This document shows, one piece after another, positions 28,040-37,632 of a DNA stretch of 64,000 bases. The notes under the pieces were generated by a model, which was not told the origin of the DNA, did no database searches, and worked only from the letters and a program-made list of their open reading frames with translations. The translations under genes were made by a program, and so were the position numbers. The DNA is from Thermovirgaceae bacterium (GTDB taxonomy: Bacteria > Synergistota > Synergistia > Synergistales > Thermovirgaceae): assembly GCA_040767805.1 (NCBI GenBank), contig JAXGNU010000002.1, forward strand, positions 64,001-128,000, written 5' to 3'. Each line of letters opens with the position of its first letter. Position 1 is the first letter of the stretch.

Positions 28040-28169
28040 GACCCCACCTCCTTGTAATAGGATAAAACACCGCATCAACCGTTACCGTTACGGGTTTTTA
28101 TGCTACACCCTGGTCTTGAAGGGTGTCAAATCACCCGGAATGCGCCCGGCAGGCTTCGGCAGGGGAAGA

Positions 28170-28197
28170 AAAGGCGGCGGGGAAACCCCGCCGCCGT
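28170..28197 (-). terminator. Terminator after the NhaC-family gene
   Basis: GGCGGCGGGG-TTT-CCCCGCCGCC-TTTT on the minus strand. Confidence 0.85.
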
Positions 28198-28224
28198 AAG
28201 GCAGCCGCTGCTTGCTGCTAAACG

Positions 28225-29739
28225 TTAATCCGCCGGCCTCTCCCTGGCTACCACGTCCGTGCCGTCCTTCTTCCTCCAGTAGATCCCTATCTTCATGTAG
28301 GACATGATTATGGACCCGATGGGGCTCATCCAGTTCAGGAAGGCGAAGGGAGCAAAAGCGAGGGTTGCCACACCCAGGACGCTGCTCATGTAGGCGCCGC
28401 AGGTGTTCCAGGGGACCAGGGCCGATGTCATGGTGCCGCTGTCCTCGCAGGCGCGGGAGAGCAACCTCGGGGCGAGCCCGGCCTCCTCGAAGGATACCTT
28501 GAACATCCTGCCCGGGATGACCAGTGCGAGGTACTGGTCCCCCAGGAAGAGGTTGGCTAGGAAGCAGGTGCCCACGACGGAAGCCACCAACCCGCCCACG
28601 GACTTGACCCGCTTCGTGACGGCGCCCACGATGGTCTCCAGGAAGCCGCAAGCCTCCATGGAGCCGCCGAAGAAGAGGGCGCAGAAGATCAGCGATATGG
28701 TCCACATCATCGAGTCGAGGCCGCCCCCTGTGACGAGATCGCTTACCATCTCGCCGACCTCTTGGGCCAACTCGGGAAGTATGTCCAGGTTGGCCTGGCT
28801 GAGCAGGTTCAGTAGGGCTTCGCCCTCGGCTCCGGCGATTTCTGCGGAAAAGGCGGCTTCATACCCGTAGTGGATGGCATTGACGATATCCCCCAAGCCG
28901 TTGCCCTGGGCGAAGGACATGATGGCGGCCATCAGGACGCCGGCAAAGAGGCCCGGGATGGCCGGGGTTTTCATCACGGCGAGCCCGATGACAAGGATGG
29001 GGGGGACGAAACCCAGGAGCCCGATGTTGAACTCAACCTTCATCATCTGCTGGAGGGCCGCGATCTTTTCTACATCCAGTACGCCCCCGGCGTACTTCAT
29101 CCCGAGGACGACGCAGATGACCATGACTATCACGTAGACCGGCACCGTCGACCAGATCATGGCCCTGATGTGGTCGAACAGGTTGGAGCCGGCCACGGCC
29201 GGGGCAAGGTTCGTGGTGTCCGAGAGGGGCGACAGCTTATCGCCGAGGTAAGCTCCCGAGACCACGATGCCGGCCGTCAACGGGGCAGGTATGCCGAGCC
29301 CGTAGGCTATACCCATGAGGGCTATGCCCACCGTGCCTGCCGTTGTCCAGGACGACCCCGTAGCGAGCGAAACGACGGAACAGATCAGTAGGGTGGCCAG
29401 CAGGAAGATCGACGGCGAAAGGATGGACAAGCCGTAGTAGATCAGGGTGGGCACAACCCCGCTCTGGATCCATATGCCGATGATCATACCTATGATCATA
29501 AGGATGACGATCGCCTGGAGGGCGATGGAAATGGCGTTAAGAGCGCCTTCCTCGATCTGGGACCACGGCATCTTGAGGACGGTCAGGCCTAGGACGCCGA
29601 CGAGAAGGGCGGAAAAGACGATGGGAACGTGGGCATCAACTTCCAGCCCGAGAACACCGTAACTGATGATGACGGCCGATACCACGAAAACAGCGACGGA
29701 AAGACCCAGACTGGGCTTAACCTGCTGTTTCTCCGACAT
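28225..29739 (-). CDS. NhaC-family transporter (possibly an amino-acid carrier)
   Basis: GSSWTT.GT.G, GDK.SPLSDTT and EDSGT...LVPWN motifs; many TM helices. Confidence 0.9.
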   Translation of the reverse strand: MSEKQQVKPSLGLSVAVFVVSAVIISYGVLGLEVDAHVPIVFSALLVGVLGLTVLKMPWSQIEEGALNAISIALQAIVILMIIGMIIGIWIQSGVVPTLIYYGLSILSPSIFLLATLLICSVVSLATGSSWTTAGTVGIALMGIAYGLGIPAPLTAGIVVSGAYLGDKLSPLSDTTNLAPAVAGSNLFDHIRAMIWSTVPVYVIVMVICVVLGMKYAGGVLDVEKIAALQQMMKVEFNIGLLGFVPPILVIGLAVMKTPAIPGLFAGVLMAAIMSFAQGNGLGDIVNAIHYGYEAAFSAEIAGAEGEALLNLLSQANLDILPELAQEVGEMVSDLVTGGGLDSMMWTISLIFCALFFGGSMEACGFLETIVGAVTKRVKSVGGLVASVVGTCFLANLFLGDQYLALVIPGRMFKVSFEEAGLAPRLLSRACEDSGTMTSALVPWNTCGAYMSSVLGVATLAFAPFAFLNWMSPIGSIIMSYMKIGIYWRKKDGTDVVARERPAD

Positions 29740-30027
29740 GAAAAAAACCTCCTTCTCAAAGGATTAAAACTTGAATCCATGGTGACCCGAAGGAACCGTA
29801 GGAAAAAACGCCCAGCCCCACCTCCTCTCCGGGGAGACCGTTACGCGGGCGAGCCGCAACCGGTCCTTGCAGCGCCCGTGGGCGGTATCGGAAAACCCGT
29901 AATGCCGGATCCGCCCCCGCCTGAGGGACGGTTCACTTATGGAAAGTATCACAGTCTTCCGATAGACACAAGGTTATTATACATGATTTTTTTATTTTAA
30001 TCAGCGGCCCTCGCGGTGAAAGGAGCC

Positions 30028-31185
30028 TCAAGGCCGCCTTACGTTCAATACCCTCTTTATTGACTCAGTGTATTTTATCCTTCTCTTCCTGTGTTCCTCC
30101 ATAACGAAGCGATAAAGGGCGTCGTCATGGGCCAGTTTCTCCGCCGGCAGGACGCCCTTCTGTTTCACGAACCCTTGAGCGACGGCCCTGGCAAAGATGG
30201 CGCAGGAGCATCCCGTGCAGCGGCTCATGGAGGTATTCCAGGTCTTCTCATCGAAGTGGTCCAGCAGCCGCCAGGAGAGGGTCATTTCATCGGGGCCCTT
30301 GAAACCGTGCACGTCCACTTCCATGACGGTGAGGTCCCTATCGCCCTTCTCGGGCTCCATCTTCCACATGGGAAAGAGCAGATCCGCGGCGACCTCTAGG
30401 GGGACCACCTCCTTGCCCCCGAGGGTCCTGGGGGTCTCCTCGAAAAGGCCCATGGACCGCAGGAGCCTCATCTGCTCCACGTGACCGGGCCATCTCAGGG
30501 TCATCTCGCCGAGGTTCCTGGCCCTGATGTTCCTGGGCAGGCTCCTCAGGCCGTCGGTGTAAAAGGCCTCGAGGGTCCCCACGCCCGGGACGTCACGGAG
30601 GTGGAGCCCCGAGGTGGCTTCAACCAATTCCTGGCGGTAGTCCTTCACGATGGTCACGGGGCGGGTGAACTCCTCGATGCAGTCCTTGGGGGACCAGGTG
30701 ACCTGGTAGTTGAAAGGGGGAAAGGCCTTGGCGGGAATGCCCCCGACAAAGATGAAGGCGTCCTCCACCTCGTCGAGAAGCGAAGCCCCCCTCCCCATGA
30801 GGAAGTTAGACATCCCGGGGGCGACGCCCATGTCGGGTATGACGGTCACGCCCTTTTCCCTGGCGAGCCCGTCGAGTTCCTCGAAATCCTCCACCATGAA
30901 GGAGATGTCCACCAGGTTCTTCCCCAGGTTGATGACGGTCCTCATCATCTCGAAGCCAAAACGGCCCGGGACCCCCGCCGTCACTATATCGGCGTCCCCG
31001 AGCAGGGGGGCGAGGCGATCCGGGTCTGTGGCCGGCGCCAAGGCCGTCCTAACCCCGGGGCATTTCCTCTCCACTTCCCCGAGGGCGCCGGCGTCGAGGT
31101 CCACTACGGTCACCTCGAACTCCTTCATCATGTCCGCGGCTATCACCTGGCCCACGAGCCCCCCGCCGATCTGCACCGCCTTCAT
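30028..31185 (-). CDS. Saccharopine dehydrogenase-like / lysine 6-dehydrogenase family protein
   Basis: N-terminal Rossmann GGG.VG, VDISF, DMGVAPGMSN, FVGGIP, WSP...IEE and TLRWPGH motifs. Confidence 0.85.
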   Translation of the reverse strand: MKAVQIGGGLVGQVIAADMMKEFEVTVVDLDAGALGEVERKCPGVRTALAPATDPDRLAPLLGDADIVTAGVPGRFGFEMMRTVINLGKNLVDISFMVEDFEELDGLAREKGVTVIPDMGVAPGMSNFLMGRGASLLDEVEDAFIFVGGIPAKAFPPFNYQVTWSPKDCIEEFTRPVTIVKDYRQELVEATSGLHLRDVPGVGTLEAFYTDGLRSLPRNIRARNLGEMTLRWPGHVEQMRLLRSMGLFEETPRTLGGKEVVPLEVAADLLFPMWKMEPEKGDRDLTVMEVDVHGFKGPDEMTLSWRLLDHFDEKTWNTSMSRCTGCSCAIFARAVAQGFVKQKGVLPAEKLAHDDALYRFVMEEHRKRRIKYTESIKRVLNVRRP

Positions 31186-31409
31186 CCCAATCACTCCTTT
31201 ATAAATGGCCGCTCTTTTCACATCGTTGTATGCATAAATTAGTATAGATGGCAACAAAAGAAGATTCAATTAATGGTGGATCGCCCCCGGCGGGGGGCTT
31301 CGGACAAGAGGCAGCCTTCCCGTCAGGGGCCGTAGTGCGCCCTTGTTTTTTCTCAACGCTTTGGTAAAGTATGTTAGCTCCAAGTGTACACGACGCGGGG
31401 GGTACTTTG

Positions 31410-31820
31410 ATGGACGACCTGGAAAGGCGTGTCGTCATCCTCAGCCTGGTGGCCAGGAAGGGCGACAACCCGGACCTGTGGGGTTACGCGAGGCTCCGCA
31501 AATCGATCCTGCTCCTCCAGGTCGAGGAGGACGTTCCCCTGGGTTTCGTCTTCGGCCTGGAGCGTGAAAGGCCGGTTTCCCCCGAATTACAGCTCTTCCT
31601 AGAAAGGATGCTCTACGACGGCTACCTGTTATCCGTGGAGACCCCCCAGGGTTTCAGGAGGGACCTCGGCGAAAAGGGCTTGGCTCTCCTCGAGGCCCAC
31701 CGGGGTATATCCAACCGGTACGCTTCCCAAGTGGAAAGGGTCTTTGAAAGGGTCAGGGACATGACCCTGACCGACCTGCGCATAGCGGCGAGGGGAGCTT
31801 TTCTCTCGAACCCTTCTTGA
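31410..31820 (+). CDS. Hypothetical winged-helix protein (YwgA/SocA-like)
   Basis: G..RL.K...LLQ...LGF.F.....P.S.EL...L..M...GYL pattern. Confidence 0.5.
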   Translation: MDDLERRVVILSLVARKGDNPDLWGYARLRKSILLLQVEEDVPLGFVFGLERERPVSPELQLFLERMLYDGYLLSVETPQGFRRDLGEKGLALLEAHRGISNRYASQVERVFERVRDMTLTDLRIAARGAFLSNPS

Positions 31821-31845
31821 CCCCCTTCTCGAGGGTCGAAGCCAA

Positions 31846-32118
31846 TTAGAAGACCGAGTAATCAACGTTCTTTTTATCGCTCACGAACATGTGCCCCGGG
31901 GCGTGAGTGACGGCGAAGGGCGGCCTCGATGCCACCAGGACCGCCTGGGGCGTCACCCCGCACCCCCAGAAGACCGGCACCTCCCCCTCCCTTATTTCAA
32001 CGGCATCCCCGTAATCGGGCCGCGATAGGTCTTTGATCCCAATAGCGCCCGGTTCACCGATGTGAAGGGGAGCCCCGTGGACCGCCGGGAAAAGGGCCGT
32101 GGCCGTCGCCATGGACAT
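31846..32118 (-). pseudogene. C-terminal fragment of a DUF1445 / D-glutamate-cyclase-like hydro-lyase
   Basis: HGAP.HIG.P..IGI.DL..PDYGD, VPVFW.CGVTPQ and THAPGHMF motifs; N-terminal part missing. Confidence 0.8.
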
Positions 32119-32196
32119 GATAATCCAAGTGTTGGAAGAAGGGGGGATCTCTGCTATTATCTGCCGGTAGCAGCCATAAGAAGAGAGGGCCTTATT

Positions 32197-32706
32197 TTGA
32201 CAGAGAGGGAAAGAAGGCTGGAAAAACTGGCCCAAGTCCTCACCGAAAGCGACGATCCAAGGAGCGGCGCCGAACTGGCCGGACTCTTCAACGTCAGCCG
32301 CCAGGCCATCGTCCAGGACATCGCCCTTTTGAGGGACCGCGGCCTCCGGGTTATGGCCACCGCGCAGGGTTACGTCCACCGGGAGGCGAAACCCAGGAGG
32401 ATATTCCCCGTCCGCCACGGCGTGGAAGAGATCGCCGACGAGCTCAACACCATGATCGAGGCCGGTGGGCGGGTGATAGACGTGGTGGTGGACCACCCCG
32501 TCTGCGGCGAGATCCGGGGCAACCTCGACCTGGCTTCCAGGGAGGATGTGGCCCGCTTCGTCAACATCCTGAAGAGCACGGGCCAATCGCCCTTGCTTTC
32601 CCTGTCGAGAGGTTTTCATGCCCACACCGTGGAAGCCGACGACGACATGACGCTGGACGCGATCGAAAAAGCTCTTGCGGACAAGGGTTACCTCGAGATG
32701 GATTGA
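32197..32706 (+). CDS. NiaR/NadR-type transcription repressor (HTH + 3H domain)
   Basis: [35 protein letters not shown] and H.HT motifs. Confidence 0.9.
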   Translation: MTERERRLEKLAQVLTESDDPRSGAELAGLFNVSRQAIVQDIALLRDRGLRVMATAQGYVHREAKPRRIFPVRHGVEEIADELNTMIEAGGRVIDVVVDHPVCGEIRGNLDLASREDVARFVNILKSTGQSPLLSLSRGFHAHTVEADDDMTLDAIEKALADKGYLEMD

Positions 32707-32729
32707 ACACTTTCACGGGAGGCGGGGCC

Positions 32730-32927
32730 TTGACTCGCAAGGAGAAGCTGTGGGTTCTTTTTTCGTTGCTCTATGGGATCGTTAACGTGGCTGTGCCCTT
32801 CACCATTCTGAAAAGGGCCGGTTCTTTCGCTTTCTGGAACCTCATCACCGCCGTTGTGCTCCTGGCGGGGGTATGGGTGACCTCGGGCTGGGCGGGAAAA
32901 GCCGACCATGAGGGGGAGGGCCGGTGA
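32730..32927 (+). CDS. Small two-helix membrane protein (SSS-transporter accessory type)
   Basis: GGAGG RBS; two TM helices; stop overlaps the symporter start. Confidence 0.65.
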   Translation: MTRKEKLWVLFSLLYGIVNVAVPFTILKRAGSFAFWNLITAVVLLAGVWVTSGWAGKADHEGEGR

Positions 32928-34378
32928 TGAGCCGTACGCTGATCCTGGCGGGCATCGCCCTTTGGTTCACCCTTGGATCCCTCCTGTCGTGGCATGCCAG
33001 GAGGAACCTCGGGAAGGGCATGATCGAGTATTTCCTGGCTGACCGCAAGGTCGGAGGATTCATCTCGGCCATGACCTACAGCGCGACCACCTACAGCGCC
33101 TTCATGATGGTCGGCCTCGTGGGGCTCACCTACTCCTCCGGCATCGGCAGCCTCGGTTTTGAGATGACCTACCTGGCGGCAACGGTGATACTGATGGTGA
33201 TCTTCGCCCCCAGGTACTGGGCAGCAGGGAGGATCTACCGGCTCGTGACCCCCTCGGAGCTCCTTTCAAAACGCTACGGCAGCCCATCGGCGGGGGCCGT
33301 GTCGGCCGTCCTGTGCCTGGTCATGCTCATCCCCTACGCTTCGGTCCAACTGATGGGGACGGGCTACCTCCTGGAGATCCTCTCGGGAGGCGCCATATCC
33401 TTTACGGCAGGCATGATCATCGCGGCGGGCGTGTCCTTCGTCTTCTCATGGTGGGCCGGGTTGAGGTCCGTGGCCCTGACCGACGCTTTCCAGGCCGTGA
33501 TAATGCTCGCCGCCAGCTTGCTCCTGCTGGGCTTCATAGCCTTCGCCCTCTTCCCCGAGGGGTTGCTGGTGGCCCTTTCGGCCAGGCGCGACCTCTTGGA
33601 GGTATCCTGGCCCTTTCCCCTGTTCCTGGGGCTGACCCTTCCCTGGGCGTTCTTCGCCGTGACAAACCCCCAGGTGGTGCAACGCCTTTATATTCCATCG
33701 AGCGTGGGGAACCTCAGGAAGATGATCCTGGGCTTTTCCGCCTTCGGTTTCGTCTATACCGTCCTGTGCGTGATCTTCGGCCTGGCGGCAGCGGCGAAGA
33801 TGCCGGGGCTTGAGAAAGCCGACAACGCCATGGCCATGCTGCTCTCGTCGGTCCCGGCCCCGCTGGCCCTCGTCGTCTTCCTCAGCATCATGGCGGCGGC
33901 GGTGTCGACCATGAACTCCATCATCCTGACCCTGAGTTCCATGTTCGGCAGGGACGTGGTGAAGGCCTTACTCCCCGGTATTTCCGAGGAGTCGGAACTC
34001 CGGATCTGCAGGCTCCTCATCCCGATCATAACGATCGCCTGCTTTTTCTTCGCCCGGATGCAGCTCGGCCTCATAGCGGTCCTGTCGGCCATGGCCTCGG
34101 GAGGGCTGCTCATGCAGCTGCCGGCCACCCTGGGGGCGTTCTTCTGGAAAAAGGCCACCGCGGCGGGAGCCGTGTCCAGCATGGTCGTCGGAGGCCTTGC
34201 GGTGGGCTTCATGTACGTCGAGGGGATGAAGCCCCTGGGTCACTGGCCTCCCCTCTGGGGGATCCTCCTGTCGGGAGCGGTCTTCATCGCCGTCAGCCTT
34301 GCCACGAAGCCCCCCCTGGATACGGACCGTTTCCTCTCCTCCGTGGAGTGTTTCGTCAAGGAACGCTTCTGGAGTTGA
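32924..34378 (+). CDS. Sodium:solute symporter (PanF/PutP family)
   Basis: EYFLA.R, AT.YSAF..VG, G.RSVA.TD..Q and AAA.ST..S motifs. Confidence 0.92.
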   Translation: MMSRTLILAGIALWFTLGSLLSWHARRNLGKGMIEYFLADRKVGGFISAMTYSATTYSAFMMVGLVGLTYSSGIGSLGFEMTYLAATVILMVIFAPRYWAAGRIYRLVTPSELLSKRYGSPSAGAVSAVLCLVMLIPYASVQLMGTGYLLEILSGGAISFTAGMIIAAGVSFVFSWWAGLRSVALTDAFQAVIMLAASLLLLGFIAFALFPEGLLVALSARRDLLEVSWPFPLFLGLTLPWAFFAVTNPQVVQRLYIPSSVGNLRKMILGFSAFGFVYTVLCVIFGLAAAAKMPGLEKADNAMAMLLSSVPAPLALVVFLSIMAAAVSTMNSIILTLSSMFGRDVVKALLPGISEESELRICRLLIPIITIACFFFARMQLGLIAVLSAMASGGLLMQLPATLGAFFWKKATAAGAVSSMVVGGLAVGFMYVEGMKPLGHWPPLWGILLSGAVFIAVSLATKPPLDTDRFLSSVECFVKERFWS

Positions 34379-35064
34379 TGTACCTCCTTGTCCAGGGACA
34401 AGCCTGGATGCATATCCCGCAGATGACATGGGACCACCCGTTATCCGCCGAGAGCTTCCTAGCGTACCTGTTGCAGGCGAAGATATCCACCAGTTCGTCC
34501 CGATAGACCCCTTCCATCCAGTCCTTGCCGGTCGGGGCCTTAACGGGGCAGGCCAGGACGCAATCGGTGCAAGGCCCGCACCGTGACTCCCTCGAAGGAT
34601 CCCCAGGGGTGAGGGGAGCATCGGTGAAGATGGTGCACATCCTGAAGGCGGAGCCGAACTCCTCGGTGACGAGGAGGTCGCACTTCCCTATCCACCCCAC
34701 GCCGGCACGAAGGGCGGCGGTCTTGTGCGGGAAAGGGGCGCTGAGGGTTCCCTCGTCGTACTCCTGCGTCGTCGGGTCGATGAGACCAGCCCGTCATCCC
34801 GCCCCTTCGAGGAACCTCACGACCTCGAACGCCGATCCTCGCCAATTCCTTGTTCGCTCTCTCGTATTCATCGTGGTATTCACGGGGGTCGGACCCTCGC
34901 CAATGGCGGCGATAATGGCCGGGGCGAGGGCCAGCAGGACGGTCACCCCCTGCGAGGCCCCGGTAAGGCAAGGTCTGCAGGTCTGAAAGGTCCGAAAACC
35001 CGGCACTCCCCGATCCTCCCGCTTCCCGGATCACTTTTCCAGTTCCAGTGTCAGGTCGTCTCAT
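34356..35064 (-). pseudogene. QueG-like 4Fe-4S / reductive-dehalogenase-fold protein, disrupted
   Basis: HKTAA.RAG.GWIGK, CGPCTDCVLACP and CGICIQACP motifs; about three frameshifts in the 5' third and an in-frame TGA at 34794-34796. Confidence 0.8.
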
Positions 35065-35065
35065 T

Positions 35066-35726
35066 CCTATCCCCTCCTCGAAAGGTGCGGCGGCAGCCCT
35101 GGAAGGCCCGTACCTCTTGAAAAGCCTCCAGCACCTGGTCTACTTCTTCATCGGTCAGGACCCTTGGTTCCCCCAGGGAAAGGACCCTGGAATAGACCAT
35201 GGCCAGGAATTCCGACCGTCTCGGCTGTCACACTGGAAGGCCCAGTGAGGGATCTTCCGACCGAGACCATACCGTGGTTGGCCAAAAGGGCGGCTTTCCC
35301 TTCACCCATGGCCTCCACCGCGTACCGGGCCAGTTCCGGCGTGCCGAAACAGGCGTAGGGCGCCACGGGTATCTTCCCGCCCACCAGGGGCACGAGGTAA
35401 TGGAAGGGCGGGATCTCCCGGCCGAGACAGGCCAGGACGCAGGCGTAGGGGAATGGGTGTGGACCACGGCGGTGATGTCGGCCTCGCATGGTATAGGGCG
35501 AGGTGCAGGGACATCTCGCTGGTGGGCTTCATCCCCCCTTCGAGCAGCCGTCCTTCCAGGTCCACCACCGCGACATCTTCCGGCTTCATAGCCTCGTACT
35601 CCACGCCGCTGGGCGAGAGCCACGCGCCTGCCGGACCGGGACGCTGTTGCCCCCCGTCCCGGTGTGACAAGACCCTTCGCATCTTTTGCCGAAGACCTAT
35701 CCCGAACCGGGCCTCGCGAGCATCAT
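35066..35726 (-). pseudogene. Class II aldolase (L-fuculose-phosphate aldolase-like), disrupted
   Basis: GTGGN, SPSG..Y, KPTSE..LH..LY, AVVHTHSP, APYA.FGT.EL and LLANHG motifs split across three frames; ends approximate. Confidence 0.85.
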
Positions 35727-35822
35727 CGACCTCACCCCGTTTCCGGATCATAACCCAAGGGGAGGACCAATTTCCAGGGGATGGGTATACTGGTGACACC
35801 AAGCATGACTGGAGGTGAAGGG

Positions 35823-36665
35823 ATGGCAATACCAGGAGAAAGCCTCTCCATTCCGGTGTACCAGGTGGACGCCTTCACAGAGGAACCCTTCGAGGGGAAC
35901 CCTGCGGCGGTGTGCCTCGTAGAGGCGTTCCTCCCCGAGGAGACGATGAAAAAGATCGCCCTGGAGATGAACCTCTCCGAGACCGCCTTCGTAGCGCCTT
36001 CGACAAGAGGCGGGGAGAGGGGGTCCTTCTCGATCCGTTGGTTCACACCCGCCGTGGAAGTACCTCTCTGCGGTCACGCGACCCTCGCGTCATCCTGGGT
36101 CATCTTCACCGAGAAAGAGACCTCCGCCACCCGCATAACCTTCGAAAGCGCCAGCGGCACGCTGGCGGCAACCCGGGAAGGTGAGGGAGTGACCCTCGAC
36201 TTCCCCCGGAACGACAGCGAACCAGCGGTGGTCCCCGCCGGGCTCCTGGAGGCCCTGGGGCTTGAAGCCGTGGAGGACGTCCAGGTCTCGCCCAGCGCCG
36301 AGATGCTGCTTCTTAGGGTTAAGGACGAACCCACCCTTCGAAGCCTGCGTCCGAAGGTGGAGGCCCTGTTGGCCGTCGAACGGGGGGACCCGCTTTTCCA
36401 GGGAGTGATCGTCACTTCGAGATCTTCCACCTACGACTTCGTTTCCCGGTACTTTGGCCCCTGGGAGGGGATCGACGAAGACCCGGTGACCGGGGCGGCC
36501 CATACGGTCCTAGCCCCCTATTGGTCGGGGATCGTGGGGAAGGACCGTTTCCATGCCTTCCAGGCCTCGAAAAGGGGAGGTACCCTGAACGTCACCCTTG
36601 CGGGGGACCGGGTGATGATCTCCGGCAAGGCCCGCATCGTCCTTAAAGGGGAGTTGTACCTTTAA
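35823..36665 (+). CDS. PhzF family isomerase/epimerase
   Basis: QVDAFT..PF.GNPAAV, NLSETAF, EV.LCGHATLA and EDPVTG.AH motifs. Confidence 0.93.
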   Translation: MAIPGESLSIPVYQVDAFTEEPFEGNPAAVCLVEAFLPEETMKKIALEMNLSETAFVAPSTRGGERGSFSIRWFTPAVEVPLCGHATLASSWVIFTEKETSATRITFESASGTLAATREGEGVTLDFPRNDSEPAVVPAGLLEALGLEAVEDVQVSPSAEMLLLRVKDEPTLRSLRPKVEALLAVERGDPLFQGVIVTSRSSTYDFVSRYFGPWEGIDEDPVTGAAHTVLAPYWSGIVGKDRFHAFQASKRGGTLNVTLAGDRVMISGKARIVLKGELYL

Positions 36666-36694
36666 AAAAACCGGCGGCCCTTCGGGGCCGCCGG
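36664..36694. terminator. Terminator between the convergent phzF-like and PPIase genes
   Basis: A7-CCGGCGGCCC-TTCG-GGGCCGCCGG. Confidence 0.85.
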
Positions 36695-36709
36695 TCGTAT
36701 CATTATCCT

Positions 36710-37591
36710 TTACTGGTCCTTCTTGAAGGCCGGGAAGCCCCCCAAGGTTGAAAGGATCTCGTGGTCGATCTCCGATCCCAGCGATCCTTCCAGGCGTTCC
36801 ACCTCGAGGTCGAGGTAGTGCTTCTGGATGTCCTCCCTCACCCGGGGGAGCACCTCGTCAAGGGTGGTCGCCCTGGCAGGCCGTTTTTCCAGCACCTGGA
36901 TGACGTGCCACCCGTACTTGGTCTCCACGGGCCCCCCGATCCTCCCCGGTTCCAGTGAAAAGGCCAGTTCGTCGAAGCCGGGCACCGTCTGTCCCCTGGA
37001 GACCCAGCCGAGGTCCCCGCCGGAATTCGCGCTCCCGGGGTCGATGCTCCTTTTCGCGGCCACGGCGCCGAAATCCGCACCCCTGGCAAAGACCTCAAGG
37101 AGAACATCGGTGGCCTCTTCTTCGGACCCAACGAGGATGTGCCTGACGTGGACCGCCTCGAGCACGCTGTATTCATCCTTGTGCTGGCCGAACCAGGCCT
37201 CGAGGGCCGGCCTTCCCATGTCCCACTTCGATGATGCCGATGAGACATAGGCCTGGGCGAGGATGTTGACGGCGTTCCATTTCAGCTTGGCGGCCACAGC
37301 GGAATCCAGCTGCAGCCCCTTCCGGCGGGCCGCCTCCGAAAGGAGAAGGGCTACCGACACCTGCTTCGCGAAGTTTTCCCTGTCCTCCAACGAGAGTTGG
37401 GACAATACGAAGGGGGCCATCATCCTGTCCACGCCGGACTGGTCCATGATCAGGCCGATCATCTCCTGCTCGCTGACGCTCTCACCCCCCGCGGTAATCA
37501 CGGGCCCCCTGTCGGCGGCCAAGGCCAGGGTCGGCATGAGCAGAGATGCCATTACTGCGTAAAGAACCGCTTTTCTTGAAAGATTTCTCAC
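36710..37591 (-). CDS. Exported parvulin-type peptidyl-prolyl isomerase (PrsA/SurA-like)
   Basis: Signal peptide; VRHILV, F..VA...S.D.GSA..GGDLG and PVETKYGWHVI motifs. Confidence 0.9.
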   Translation of the reverse strand: MRNLSRKAVLYAVMASLLMPTLALAADRGPVITAGGESVSEQEMIGLIMDQSGVDRMMAPFVLSQLSLEDRENFAKQVSVALLLSEAARRKGLQLDSAVAAKLKWNAVNILAQAYVSSASSKWDMGRPALEAWFGQHKDEYSVLEAVHVRHILVGSEEEATDVLLEVFARGADFGAVAAKRSIDPGSANSGGDLGWVSRGQTVPGFDELAFSLEPGRIGGPVETKYGWHVIQVLEKRPARATTLDEVLPRVREDIQKHYLDLEVERLEGSLGSEIDHEILSTLGGFPAFKKDQ

Positions 37592-37632
37592 GAGATCACT
37601 CCCCGAATAAAGTGTCCGGTCCGAACCGGTGA

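Noticed and set aside
34794..34796. In-frame TGA as selenocysteine in the Fe-S gene
   Set aside because: It is not at a Cys-motif position and the gene also has several frameshifts; a nonsense mutation is the simpler explanation.
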